From the NCBI GenBank assembly GCA_934101795.1, contig CAKORY010000004.1, positions 18,468 through 82,467 on the forward strand: 64,000 bases of DNA, given 5' to 3'. Origin of the DNA: an uncultured Bacilli bacterium (GTDB lineage Bacteria > Bacillota_I > Bacilli_A > RF39 > UBA660). The notes below the pieces were generated by a model. That model saw only the letters and a program-made list of their open reading frames with translations, did not search any database and had not been told where the DNA came from. Of this stretch, positions 49,209 to 59,173 are shown one piece after another; position 1 is the first letter of the stretch, and the number at the start of each line of letters is the position of its first letter. The position numbers and the translations under genes are program-made.

Positions 49209-50436
49209 CTTCTTCACCTTCCATGTTGGTATTAATGTAAACATCTATATTATTACTACTTAATGTTTTAAAAAAATATCTTTCTATTTCACTAGTTGTA
49301 AATTTAGATGTAAAACTTAATACCATATTATCCTCATATGAACACATACACATTTGAATAGTTTCTGTACTTATAAATACATCAAAATAATCAATATATT
49401 TTTCATAAACTTTAGGCATTTTAACAATTCCAATGTTTGATAAAGTCATTGTTTGGTATTTACTTGCTATTTTATATGCTAGTTTTAAAACAAAATCCTT
49501 AAGTATTACTGGAACTAATCTAACTATAAATATATTCTCTAAATTAATGGTACTATTCATTTTAGCTTTTATATTGGTTTTATCTAATGCTTTAGTAAAT
49601 TCTTCTTTAACAACTCTACTTATATTTTCAAATGAATTATCTTTTTCATTAAAACTTACATTTACTACACTAAAAAAGTTTCTTACTGTATATGATGGAT
49701 AATAATTTCTTAAGTTTACTGGTACTGTAATAACAATTGGCTTTTTATTTCTTTTGCTTTTAGTTTCACTTATACTTTTTATAAGAATACTTGTTAAATA
49801 TTCTGTTACAGTTAAATTTAATTTTTTGGCTTCTTCTTTCACTTTTTTAGTACTTACTATTCCTTCAATTATTTTAAGTTTATTTTCAACATATTTATCT
49901 TCTTTTATTTTATAAGCTTTTTTATTTGATATAGCTTTTTTAAAATTATTACTTTTATATTTTATAAAAGCATCTTCCTTTATTTCTTTACTGCTTCCTT
50001 CATTTATTATCTCAGCTGAATTTATATTATATACTAGGTTTAAATAATTTGCTGTTAGACTTTTTAAAAAAGTAAGGGTTCCTGTTCCATCTGTTAAGGC
50101 ATGATTAACTTCTAGATTTATTTTTCTTTTATAATATGTTACTTCAAATAAATGATTACTAGAAAAATCAGAACATGGAGATTTAGTTTCTTCTTTTGCA
50201 GTAAAATTTTTATTTGTTTCTTCAAGATAATACCAAAATACACCTTTTTTTAAACTTGATTTAAATATAGGATACTCATCTAATGTTTTTTGAAGTGCTA
50301 TATTTAGTTTATTTTCATCTATATTTTCTTTTAGACAACAACTAAATCTAAATATCTTTGGATCATTTTTGCTTTTAGATGGGGGAAATATTTTAGCAGC
50401 ATTATCTAATCTATACCATTTACTCAAAAGTATCAC
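49201..50436 (-). CDS. condensation-domain-like (HxxxDG) acyltransferase
   Basis: 411 aa with NHALTDGTG (HHxxxDG-type motif) about 115 aa from the N-terminus. Fold family is CAT/NRPS-C/WS-DGAT/alcohol acetyltransferase-like. Confidence 0.5.
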   Translation of the reverse strand: MILLSKWYRLDNAAKIFPPSKSKNDPKIFRFSCCLKENIDENKLNIALQKTLDEYPIFKSSLKKGVFWYYLEETNKNFTAKEETKSPCSDFSSNHLFEVTYYKRKINLEVNHALTDGTGTLTFLKSLTANYLNLVYNINSAEIINEGSSKEIKEDAFIKYKSNNFKKAISNKKAYKIKEDKYVENKLKIIEGIVSTKKVKEEAKKLNLTVTEYLTSILIKSISETKSKRNKKPIVITVPVNLRNYYPSYTVRNFFSVVNVSFNEKDNSFENISRVVKEEFTKALDKTNIKAKMNSTINLENIFIVRLVPVILKDFVLKLAYKIASKYQTMTLSNIGIVKMPKVYEKYIDYFDVFISTETIQMCMCSYEDNMVLSFTSKFTTSEIERYFFKTLSSNNIDVYINTNMEGEEDD

Positions 50437-51253
50437 TTCCTTTTAAATATTCTATAGTTAAATCTCTATATTGATGAAAAATATTATTAGTTAGAAAAGC
50501 ATGGGGAGCTCCTTGTAGGTCTAAGTGCCTTACGGGAACTAAAAATCTTTCTAATTTTTCTTTTAATGCTATTCCTTCATCATGAAGTGGATCTAAAGTT
50601 CCTGTTATAATTGTTGTTTTAGGAAAGCCAAAAAGCCAATTGTTTTTAAGTAAGTTTACATAAGGATTCTTATAATCTTTATCATTTCTTAAATACATAC
50701 TTAAATAATCACGAAGAGATTCTTTAGTTAAAAAAGTTTTACCACTATTTTTTAATACTGATTTATATTTAGTATTGCTTGTATAGTCTGTTTGTGCCGC
50801 AGGATATGCTAGTATTACTTCTTTAAATTTTAATTTTTTGTTTTTTATAGCAACTGCAAAAGCTAGATTAGCACCAGCTGAATCTCCCATTATTGATACA
50901 TTTTTATAGTTTTCCATTATTTTTTCACATACTAAATCTATTTCATTTAAAGCTATTGGAAATTTGTTTTCGGGAGCTAAAGGATAATCAAGCGCTATAA
51001 CACATGTATTTACTTCTTTTGATAACTTATAGCAAATATTAGAATGAGTATTTAAAGAACCTGATACCCAACCACCACCATGTAAATAAATTAAAGTATT
51101 ATTACTATTTTCATTAAATATTCTGACATCCATATTAAGTATTTTATCATCTCTATAATTTTTCTTAGATACTGTATTTATACTTGTTAATTCATCTATT
51201 TTACGATACAATTCTATATTATCTTTTATTGAAACTTTCAATTTTATCACCAT
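50420..51253 (-). CDS. alpha/beta-hydrolase fold esterase/lipase (HSL-like, HGGG family)
   Basis: HGGGW oxyanion motif, GDSAGANLA nucleophile elbow and a C-terminal DPLHDEG. Confidence 0.8.
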   Translation of the reverse strand: MVIKLKVSIKDNIELYRKIDELTSINTVSKKNYRDDKILNMDVRIFNENSNNTLIYLHGGGWVSGSLNTHSNICYKLSKEVNTCVIALDYPLAPENKFPIALNEIDLVCEKIMENYKNVSIMGDSAGANLAFAVAIKNKKLKFKEVILAYPAAQTDYTSNTKYKSVLKNSGKTFLTKESLRDYLSMYLRNDKDYKNPYVNLLKNNWLFGFPKTTIITGTLDPLHDEGIALKEKLERFLVPVRHLDLQGAPHAFLTNNIFHQYRDLTIEYLKGSDTFE

Positions 51254-51295
51254 TTATATTTTATCACAAACAGAAAAAGAAAAATAGATATTAAT

Positions 51296-52276
51296 CTATT
51301 TTTCTCCCTCTTCAAGCATTGTAGTTATAAAAAGTCCATAACCAGACATGGGATTATCAATTATAACATGAGTTACAGCTCCGATAATTTTATTATTTTG
51401 AATAATTGGAGAACCGCTCATACCTTGAACAACTCCACCAGTTTTATCAAGTAATTCTTTGTCAGTTATTTTAAATGATATATTTTTTATTTTAGCAGTT
51501 TCATCTATTTTATTTATTTCTATATCATAATATTTTACTTCTTCTTTATTTAAAACTGTTGCAATCTTTGCACTACCTATTTTAACTTCTTCTTTAGTTG
51601 CTACTTCAAGCATTTCTTTATTTGGTATTGTAGATTCATATAATCCATATATTCCTACCCCAGTATTTTTCATGATACTTCCATATTTGGTATTATAATA
51701 AAATTTGGCATTTTTACTTCCAGCATAACCAACTCTACTTTTATCAATGCCAGTTATATAGTTTCTAAATATTGTACCGGTTTTGATTTCTACGATATTA
51801 CTCGTATTACTTTCTATTATTTCATGACCAAGAGCACCAAATATCTTTGTTTCTGGGTCAATATATGATAGTGTACCAGTACCTGTTATGCTATCTTTAA
51901 CATATAAACCAGTTTTATAAATATCACCATCTTTTATAAGTTCTAGCTTACTTGTCTTTTCTTTACCATTTCTTTTTAAAGTAATAGTTACTTCCTCTTT
52001 ATCTACATTTTGTTCAATTATTTTTGTGAGTTCACCTATTGTATTAACATATGTATCATTTATTTTAATAATATAATCACCAGATTTTATCGTGGGATTT
52101 CCTTTGTTATATTTTCCATTTATTTGGTAAAAACCTATTACCATCACTCCATCACTATTTATTTCAATACCAAGTGTTTCACCACCAGGAATTATATAGT
52201 TTGAATATGCAAATACATTTATTGGTAATAATAACCAACTTATTAATATTATTTTTAATTTTTTCATGTATACCAC
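51296..52276 (-). CDS. spoIVB: stage IV sporulation protein B signalling peptidase (S55)
   Basis: Signal anchor, PDZ domain (GDYIIKIND), and protease region with GTLSYIDPETKIFGALGH and GMSGSPII. Confidence 0.8.
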   Translation of the reverse strand: MVYMKKLKIILISWLLLPINVFAYSNYIIPGGETLGIEINSDGVMVIGFYQINGKYNKGNPTIKSGDYIIKINDTYVNTIGELTKIIEQNVDKEEVTITLKRNGKEKTSKLELIKDGDIYKTGLYVKDSITGTGTLSYIDPETKIFGALGHEIIESNTSNIVEIKTGTIFRNYITGIDKSRVGYAGSKNAKFYYNTKYGSIMKNTGVGIYGLYESTIPNKEMLEVATKEEVKIGSAKIATVLNKEEVKYYDIEINKIDETAKIKNISFKITDKELLDKTGGVVQGMSGSPIIQNNKIIGAVTHVIIDNPMSGYGLFITTMLEEGEK

Positions 52277-52379
52277 CTATCTATACTTATTATGGATATT
52301 TTTAGATAAATTAAAAAGCCAATTATTGACAAAGAACCACTATCATGATAAAGTATAGTACATATTTTGGAGGAATAAT

Positions 52380-53294
52380 ATGAGTTATACGGATGAAGAA
52401 TTGGCAAAAATGGATATAACTGACTTTGAAGAAGCACGCAAGAAAATTGTTGACTTGTCTGTGTTTGATAATATTTATGATATTTCTTTGAATGATAAAA
52501 CAAAAAGAAATATTGATTTTACAAGAGAGTTATATATAGAATATTTAGACGATTTAAAAACATTTAAAGAAACAACTAGAGAACAGGTTCTTAAAGCACT
52601 AATGAATACTGAAACAATTGATAATCACTCTTTAGAAAGAGAAAATTCTAATCTTTTAATTGCTTATAGTGAAACTCATCATTCAACCGCAATTAGATAC
52701 TTATTAAAAAAACTTTTAAGTGAAAATAATGGCCTTGATAGTGAAATAATTAGAAAAACACATGAAATACTAATGCGTGGGACATCAAGAAATGGGTATA
52801 TTAACCCTAGTTTTAGAAAAAGCAATATATCTTTTGTATGTCATATGGAAAATGGTGAAAGAATTATTACTTTCTTTCCAATATCATATCATCAAATAAA
52901 TGAAGCTATTAGATTATTTTGTGTCTACTTTAATGACAAAACTATGTGCGAAGAAGATCTTTTTATTAAACCATTTGTAGTTCATGGTTTACTTGCGGCA
53001 TTACAAGTTTTTGAAGATGGCAATACGAGATTATCTAGAACACTTCAACATGTTAAATTGCATGAGCTTACTAACCAATTATTAGATAACGAGTTTTTAC
53101 TCCCTACTATATATTTCTCTAAAAATTATATGCCTTTTAGAGATGAGTATAGAGCCCTTATAAGATATATAGCTTTAAAACCAAATAATGAAACTTGGAA
53201 TGAGTGGATAAATTTTAATATGTGTAGACTTCAAGAAAGAATTTATGCAAATAATTATAATTTTTCAACTTTAACAAGAAAAAAACTTATTTGA
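52380..53294 (+). CDS. Fic/DOC-family protein with degenerate catalytic motif
   Basis: 304 aa. The motif position reads LQVFEDGNTRLSR, compared with the consensus HPFx(D/E)GNGRxxR (His to Gln, Gly to Thr). Confidence 0.55.
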   Translation: MSYTDEELAKMDITDFEEARKKIVDLSVFDNIYDISLNDKTKRNIDFTRELYIEYLDDLKTFKETTREQVLKALMNTETIDNHSLERENSNLLIAYSETHHSTAIRYLLKKLLSENNGLDSEIIRKTHEILMRGTSRNGYINPSFRKSNISFVCHMENGERIITFFPISYHQINEAIRLFCVYFNDKTMCEEDLFIKPFVVHGLLAALQVFEDGNTRLSRTLQHVKLHELTNQLLDNEFLLPTIYFSKNYMPFRDEYRALIRYIALKPNNETWNEWINFNMCRLQERIYANNYNFSTLTRKKLI

Positions 53295-53330
53295 ATAAAA
53301 ATAGTTCAAATAAGTTTTTATTTTCTCACA

Positions 53331-54113
53331 TTATAATTTACTATTTATTGTCTTTTCTAATATTCTTTTTACATCTCTTTCATTAAATGGTTTTAAAAGT
53401 ATATCAATAATTGGATATTTAAAAGCTTTATCTATAGATTCTTTATCATCTACCCCAGTAATAATAGAAATAGGTATGCTTCTAAATAAGTCTTTATTTT
53501 TATAATAATCTAAAACTTCAAAGCCATTTACATTTGGCATATTTAAATCAAGAAGTACAGCTTTAATATTTTGTCTTTTTGTATCATCTTCTAAAATATC
53601 TATTGCTTCTTTACCATCAGTTGCACTTATAACTTCAAATGAATCATCTAATATTTTTAAAATAAAGTTTCTTATTAAATTAGAATCATCCACTACAAGA
53701 ATAGCTTTATCATGGGAAGGTTTCGGAGCCTTATACAAATCATCATCTACGATACCTACTCCCATATATTTTTTTACTAAATTAACTACTCTATTTGCTT
53801 CTTTCATTAATTCATTAAAATGTTCTGTAACATAGTACATGTCATTGGCTTTACTTTTAAGTTCATGATCATATGCAAGTTCACCTAAGACTTCAAAGCC
53901 AAAATATCTGGCATCACTTTTAAGCGAATGGACAAGAATAGCATAATTTGCCATATCTCCGATTTCTTTACAAGCTTTAATTTTCTCTAGCTTTCCTGGT
54001 ACTTCTTGTAAAAAAGTTTCAAGGGTTGCATCATATGTTTCCATATCCCCGAATAACTCTAAAGCTTTTTTTACATTTGCCCCATTTTCAATTAAAATAT
54101 TTACATCTTTCAC
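53331..54113 (-). CDS. Hpt-receiver fusion protein (phosphotransfer protein without output domain)
   Basis: N-terminal Hpt (HSLKSDARYFGF). C-terminal REC (VVDDS...LLDLNMPNVNGFEVL...K). Confidence 0.75.
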   Translation of the reverse strand: MKDVNILIENGANVKKALELFGDMETYDATLETFLQEVPGKLEKIKACKEIGDMANYAILVHSLKSDARYFGFEVLGELAYDHELKSKANDMYYVTEHFNELMKEANRVVNLVKKYMGVGIVDDDLYKAPKPSHDKAILVVDDSNLIRNFILKILDDSFEVISATDGKEAIDILEDDTKRQNIKAVLLDLNMPNVNGFEVLDYYKNKDLFRSIPISIITGVDDKESIDKAFKYPIIDILLKPFNERDVKRILEKTINSKL

Positions 54114-54119
54114 TATTTA

Positions 54120-55952
54120 TCACTCCTTGTTTAAATATTCATTTATTACTCTATTTAATTCATCTTTACTTATTGGTTTGGCTAAGTAATCATTAAATCC
54201 ATCTGCTAAGTATTTTTCCCTCATACCTGTTAAAGCGTTTGCTGTAAGGGCAACAGTTGGTATATTAAAATCTGGTATTTGCTCTTTTATTTTATGAAGT
54301 GTTTCTACTCCACTTAACTTTGGCATCATATCATCCATTAATATTAAATCATATTTTTTGCCATTTTTCAAGTTATCTATGCAAATAAAGCCACTTTCAA
54401 CACATTCTGTAGTAATACCATATGTACCCAGTAATCTTTCTGCAACTTTTAAATTAATTTTATTATCATCTACTACTAAAACTAATTTATTATTTACTTT
54501 TATGTCATCATTTTTAACAACTGGAGCATCAACTTTTATAGTTGGATTTTTAACAATTCTTTGGTCTATTGAAACTGTAAATTTAGAACCTTTTCCATAG
54601 ACACTTTGAACTACTATTTTTCCGTGCATTAAATCTACTAACTTTTTAGTTATAGCAAGTCCTAATCCAGTTCCTTCAATAGTTACGTTATCTTCTAAAT
54701 CTAATCTTTCAAATTTATTAAATAACTTATTAATATTTTCTTGCTTAATACCAATACCGGTATCTTCAACTGATATTATTAATCGACATACATCATTTTT
54801 AACAACTGAATTTATACTAAATGTTATGCTTCCTTCTTTGGTATATTTAACAGCATTAGTTAATATATTTACACAAATTTGTTTAAGTCTTGATGCATCA
54901 CCATATAAAACACGAGGAATAGTATCATCTATTTTTGTAATAAGTTCAATAGGTTTATCTCCAAGTCTACCTTTTGTTAATGCAATAAGTTCTGTTGTAA
55001 CTTTATTAAAGTCATATTCAGTATTAACTATTTCTAATTTACCAGCTTCAATCTTCGATATATCCAAAATACCATTTACTATTTCAAGTAGATTATCACT
55101 AGCCATAACAATATCATTTACTTCATCTTTTGCACTATCTGGTAAGTTTTTATCTTCCAAAAGCATATTACTAAAGCCCACGATTGCATTAAGTGGGGTC
55201 CTTATTTCATGTGACATACTTGATAAAAATTCTGTTTTAGCGGTATTTGCTTTTTCTGCAGCAATCTTTGCTTCATTTAACTGGGCAATCATTTTAACAT
55301 CTGGGTTATCAATTGTAAAATACATAATATAGTTAACAAAGCAAACCACTATTGAAACCCAAATTAAATATGGATTTATATTAACTACTACTAAAACTCC
55401 AATTAATAATAAAAGCATTACTAATACAAAGAAATATCTTTTATCAACTTTTTTAAGATTAAATAAAACTATTAATAAAGTCATAATGAGATAAACTCCA
55501 CACAATATTTCAGCCATTAAAACTGCAGAACCATCGGCTGTATATGCGTTTCCAGATTTTATTACATCAACTTTACCAAATAACATAAATATAAAAATTA
55601 TTAAATCTGTAACTAAAAATGGAATAGAAAATTTCCTATAATGTGATTTAAAAACTGGAAGGGTTATTATTGCAATGTAAGAAAATATACAATTACAAAT
55701 TAATATCAGCATTACAAAATCTATTTTATTTAAAATTGTAATTATAAAATCTAAGTAACCTGGAGTATAAAAGAAGGCAATAGATTGAAGTATTGTTACA
55801 ATTAAACTATCTACAAAACTACACACAATCATGAATGAATACATTTTATTTTCTAATAAATCTACTCTTTCTTTAGAGAAATAAACATAACACATTAAAC
55901 CAGAAAAAAATAGTGAACATACTGGCAATAATATACCTTCCATACTTACCAC
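54120..55952 (-). CDS. hybrid sensor histidine kinase (multi-TM sensor - HisKA - HATPase - REC)
   Basis: About 6 TM N-terminal region, H-box [13 protein letters not shown] boxes, and a C-terminal receiver ([10 protein letters not shown]...[14 protein letters not shown]). Confidence 0.85.
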   Translation of the reverse strand: MVSMEGILLPVCSLFFSGLMCYVYFSKERVDLLENKMYSFMIVCSFVDSLIVTILQSIAFFYTPGYLDFIITILNKIDFVMLILICNCIFSYIAIITLPVFKSHYRKFSIPFLVTDLIIFIFMLFGKVDVIKSGNAYTADGSAVLMAEILCGVYLIMTLLIVLFNLKKVDKRYFFVLVMLLLLIGVLVVVNINPYLIWVSIVVCFVNYIMYFTIDNPDVKMIAQLNEAKIAAEKANTAKTEFLSSMSHEIRTPLNAIVGFSNMLLEDKNLPDSAKDEVNDIVMASDNLLEIVNGILDISKIEAGKLEIVNTEYDFNKVTTELIALTKGRLGDKPIELITKIDDTIPRVLYGDASRLKQICVNILTNAVKYTKEGSITFSINSVVKNDVCRLIISVEDTGIGIKQENINKLFNKFERLDLEDNVTIEGTGLGLAITKKLVDLMHGKIVVQSVYGKGSKFTVSIDQRIVKNPTIKVDAPVVKNDDIKVNNKLVLVVDDNKINLKVAERLLGTYGITTECVESGFICIDNLKNGKKYDLILMDDMMPKLSGVETLHKIKEQIPDFNIPTVALTANALTGMREKYLADGFNDYLAKPISKDELNRVINEYLNKE

Positions 55953-55996
55953 CTATTATGATTATATCACTATTTTTTTGTTTATAAAAGCTTTTT

Positions 55997-57112
55997 TTAA
56001 AATCTTCTTTGGAGATCTTCTCTTTTTCTTTGTCTAACTAATTTTTGAGCATATATTACATCATTTACATTTCTTGCTGTAATATTGTCGATTTCTGCAA
56101 TGCTTTCAAACACGTCTTCAGGCCTTACTTTGTCTTTTGGTCTAAAATCAGATGATCTTTCAATACTTGAATCATAATAATCCATTGTACTTAAATTATG
56201 TACTAATTTTTCTTCAAGAGCATTTATTGGATCGGAATATTGACCAATAAGTTCTTCTCTTGTTATATGACCATATTTTTCAATCATTAAATATAACCAT
56301 GTTGCCATAACATCACGTAAATATTCTAAAGCAGCTTTTTCACTTAAATCATCAATTTTTATTGGTTCATCAACCACTGTGTGAATTATATCGTCTTTAG
56401 TTGGATGAATTTTATTTTTTATATTCTTTGGTCCCTTATCTCTCAAGTAATGGACAATAGGGACTATATTAGCACCAGTTTCTTTAGCCACTCTATAAAT
56501 ACCTGGCCATAAATCTAAAACCAATTCATTGGTACTTTTATTTAAAATGCCTTCTGGATATAATATTAAATCGACTCCATGATTTAATACATTAACACAA
56601 TTATCTATACACATATTTCTACTTACTTCAGACTTACGATTAAACATAGTTACTCCATTTAACCAAGCAGTTATACCATCAAAAGAATTATAAAATTGAG
56701 GTAAACTAGCGAATAAAAAATAAGCATTTCTTTGGCAAGCTAAAACAGATGCCAGTGGATCATCCTTAAAACCATGGTTAGGCATCCAAATGACTGGATT
56801 ATCTGGTAACGTAATTGGTTTGTCTGGTGTTGTATCATTTGAATTTTTCAAAGTATTTCTATTTTCAAAAACTTGAGTATTTTGAAGAAACAATGGACCA
56901 ATTTTCTTTATAAATAAATTTACTTTTTTTCTTAAAGCTATTTCTTCTTCACTTAATAAGTCACTATTTAATAAATAACCAAACTTCTTAACCATATAAT
57001 TGTACATAATTGAAGCTTTTTTATTATCTCCGATTAGATCAAGTTCTGAAGTAATTAATCCTTCTTGTAGTAACAAATCTATAGTGACTTTGTCATTTTT
57101 AGTTAACTTCAT
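55997..57112 (-). CDS. lysophospholipid acyltransferase (PlsC/LPLAT superfamily)-like protein
   Basis: 371 aa with block I PNHGFKDDP (NHxxxxD) and block III YPEG. Own extended -10 promoter (TGgTATAAT) at ~57140-57148 on the minus strand. Confidence 0.55.
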   Translation of the reverse strand: MKLTKNDKVTIDLLLQEGLITSELDLIGDNKKASIMYNYMVKKFGYLLNSDLLSEEEIALRKKVNLFIKKIGPLFLQNTQVFENRNTLKNSNDTTPDKPITLPDNPVIWMPNHGFKDDPLASVLACQRNAYFLFASLPQFYNSFDGITAWLNGVTMFNRKSEVSRNMCIDNCVNVLNHGVDLILYPEGILNKSTNELVLDLWPGIYRVAKETGANIVPIVHYLRDKGPKNIKNKIHPTKDDIIHTVVDEPIKIDDLSEKAALEYLRDVMATWLYLMIEKYGHITREELIGQYSDPINALEEKLVHNLSTMDYYDSSIERSSDFRPKDKVRPEDVFESIAEIDNITARNVNDVIYAQKLVRQRKREDLQRRF

Positions 57113-57177
57113 AATATCTTTTCCCCTTTAAACAACGTAATTATACCATTATTTTCCTATAAAGTATACAATTCTGG

Positions 57178-57204
57178 TGACTTTTAGTATCATATTTGAT
57201 ACAA
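57178..57204. promoter_or_regulatory. second copy of a 27-nt element TGACTTTTAGTATCATATTTGATACAA containing the palindrome GTATCA-tatt-TGATAC
   Basis: Identical 27-mer to the one in the promoter of the XRE regulator gene at 60947-60975. Here it lies ~50 nt upstream of the acyltransferase promoter and 3' of the second kinase gene. Confidence 0.45.
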
Positions 57205-57260
57205 CAATTAAGTTTTAACGTTATTTTTATTAAAAAAAAGAATAATTCTTCTTTTTTGTA

Positions 57261-59099
57261 TTATTCTTTGTTTAAATATTCATTTATTACTCTATTTAAT
57301 TCATCTTTACTTATTGGTTTAGCTAAATAATCATTAAATCCATCTGCTAAGTATTTTTCCCTCATACCTGTTAAAGCATTTGCTGTAAGGGCTATAGTTG
57401 GTATATTAAAATCAGGTATTTCTTCTTTTATTTTATGAAGAGTTTCTACCCCGCTCATTCTAGGCATCATATCATCCATTAATATTAAATCATATTTTTT
57501 ACCATTTTTGAGGTTATCTATGCAAATAAAGCCACTTTCAACACATTCTGTAGTAATACCATAAGTTCCCAGTAATCTTTCTGCAACCTTTAAATTGATT
57601 TTATTATCATCAACTACTAAAACTAATTTATTATTTACTTTAATTTCATCACTTTCAATTACTGGCTCACTAGTTGTTATTGTTGGATTTTTAACAATCA
57701 TTTGATCAATTGAAACTGTAAACTTAGAACCTTTTCCATATACACTTTGAACTACGATAGTTCCATGCATTAAGTCTACTAACTTTTTAGTAATTGCTAA
57801 ACCTAGTCCTGTTCCTTCAATGGTAATATTTTCTTCTAAATCTAGTCTTTCAAATTTATTAAATAACTTATTTATATTTTCTTGTTTAATACCAATTCCT
57901 GTATCTTCAACTGCTATTATAAGTCTACAAACATCACCTTTTATAACTGAATTTACACTAAATGTTATACTTCCCTTTTTAGTATATTTTACAGCATTAG
58001 TTAAAATATTTACACATATTTGTTTAAGTCTTGTTGCATCACCATATAACACTTTAGGTATTACTTCATCTACTTTAGTAATTAATTCTATTGGTTTATC
58101 TGCAATTCTTCCTTTTGTAAGAGATATAAGTTCAGTTATTACTTTATTAAAATCATATTCACCATCAACAATTTCTAATTTACCAGCTTCAATTTTTGAT
58201 ATATCCAGTATACCATTAACTATTTCTAGTAAATTTTCTGATGCCATAACAATATCTTTTACTTCATCTTTTGCACTATCTGGTAAAGTTTTATCATCTA
58301 AAAGCATATTGCTAAAACCTACGATTGCATTAAGTGGTGTTCTTATTTCATGAGACATATTTGATAAAAACTCTGTTTTAGCAGTATTAGCTTTTTCTGC
58401 TTGTGTCTTCGCAGCATTTAATTCACTAATTAATTTAACATCAGGATTTTCAATAGTAAAGTACATTATCATTACAACTAAAGATAAGAGATAATTAATT
58501 AAAAAAGCGGATGGGAATAAACTTTGAACTAAAAAATTAATAAGCATTAGTAATACAAAAATATATAAAGGTCTTAATTTCTTTCCTTGAATATTTTTTC
58601 TATATTTAATTGCTATTGTTATAGAATAAAGAATAAGAATAAAACAAATAATATAAGTTAGTAATACAGGAAAACCTTTGGGTATAATAACATTTTCTAA
58701 AACATCAAAATTAATTGGTAAAATTAAAATAAATGGTACAGTAAAGATTAAAAATAAAGCAAATGTATAAAAAGTATTCATCATTTTACTTTTATAATTT
58801 TCGCTATTTGGTAAACTTATACATTTTATATAATAAGAAAATAATAAAAGCCATAACACAAAATAAACAAAAACAAATTTAGATGCTATAGAATACATTA
58901 AACCATTAATATCGTAACCATACTTATATAATAGACATGTTGTTATATCCATAGATAATCCAAAGATAGTTAAAAGTAATAAATACTTATAAATTCTTGT
59001 TTCTATATTATTTACTCTTTCTTTAGATAAAAAATTATATGTAAAAAGAATTATTATAATTAATGCACTTATTGAGAAATATAATCCCATCACTACCAC
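57261..59099 (-). CDS. hybrid sensor histidine kinase, paralog of 54120-55952 with a different sensor domain
   Basis: 612 aa. The C-terminal ~400 aa (from [10 protein letters not shown]) is ~90% identical to the other kinase and the DNA is ~90% identical over ~1.2 kb. The N-terminal multi-TM domain is unrelated in sequence. Confidence 0.85.
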   Translation of the reverse strand: MVVMGLYFSISALIIIILFTYNFLSKERVNNIETRIYKYLLLLTIFGLSMDITTCLLYKYGYDINGLMYSIASKFVFVYFVLWLLLFSYYIKCISLPNSENYKSKMMNTFYTFALFLIFTVPFILILPINFDVLENVIIPKGFPVLLTYIICFILILYSITIAIKYRKNIQGKKLRPLYIFVLLMLINFLVQSLFPSAFLINYLLSLVVMIMYFTIENPDVKLISELNAAKTQAEKANTAKTEFLSNMSHEIRTPLNAIVGFSNMLLDDKTLPDSAKDEVKDIVMASENLLEIVNGILDISKIEAGKLEIVDGEYDFNKVITELISLTKGRIADKPIELITKVDEVIPKVLYGDATRLKQICVNILTNAVKYTKKGSITFSVNSVIKGDVCRLIIAVEDTGIGIKQENINKLFNKFERLDLEENITIEGTGLGLAITKKLVDLMHGTIVVQSVYGKGSKFTVSIDQMIVKNPTITTSEPVIESDEIKVNNKLVLVVDDNKINLKVAERLLGTYGITTECVESGFICIDNLKNGKKYDLILMDDMMPRMSGVETLHKIKEEIPDFNIPTIALTANALTGMREKYLADGFNDYLAKPISKDELNRVINEYLNKE

Positions 59100-59143
59100 A
59101 TCCTACCGTAATAATAATATCATAAAATATATTTCATTTCAAG

Positions 59144-59173
59144 AAAAAAAGAAATCTACATTTAAGTAGATTA
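59144..59173 (-). terminator. intrinsic terminator after the AMP-ligase gene (AATCTAC-ttaaat-GTAGATT + T7)
   Basis: Hairpin + T-run read on the minus strand directly after the stop. Confidence 0.5.

Noticed and set aside
57233-57257. AT-only palindrome (AAAAAAG...CTTTTTT) after the second kinase gene as a terminator
   Set aside because: The stem is entirely A-T with no convincing U-run on the transcribed strand. Too weak to call.
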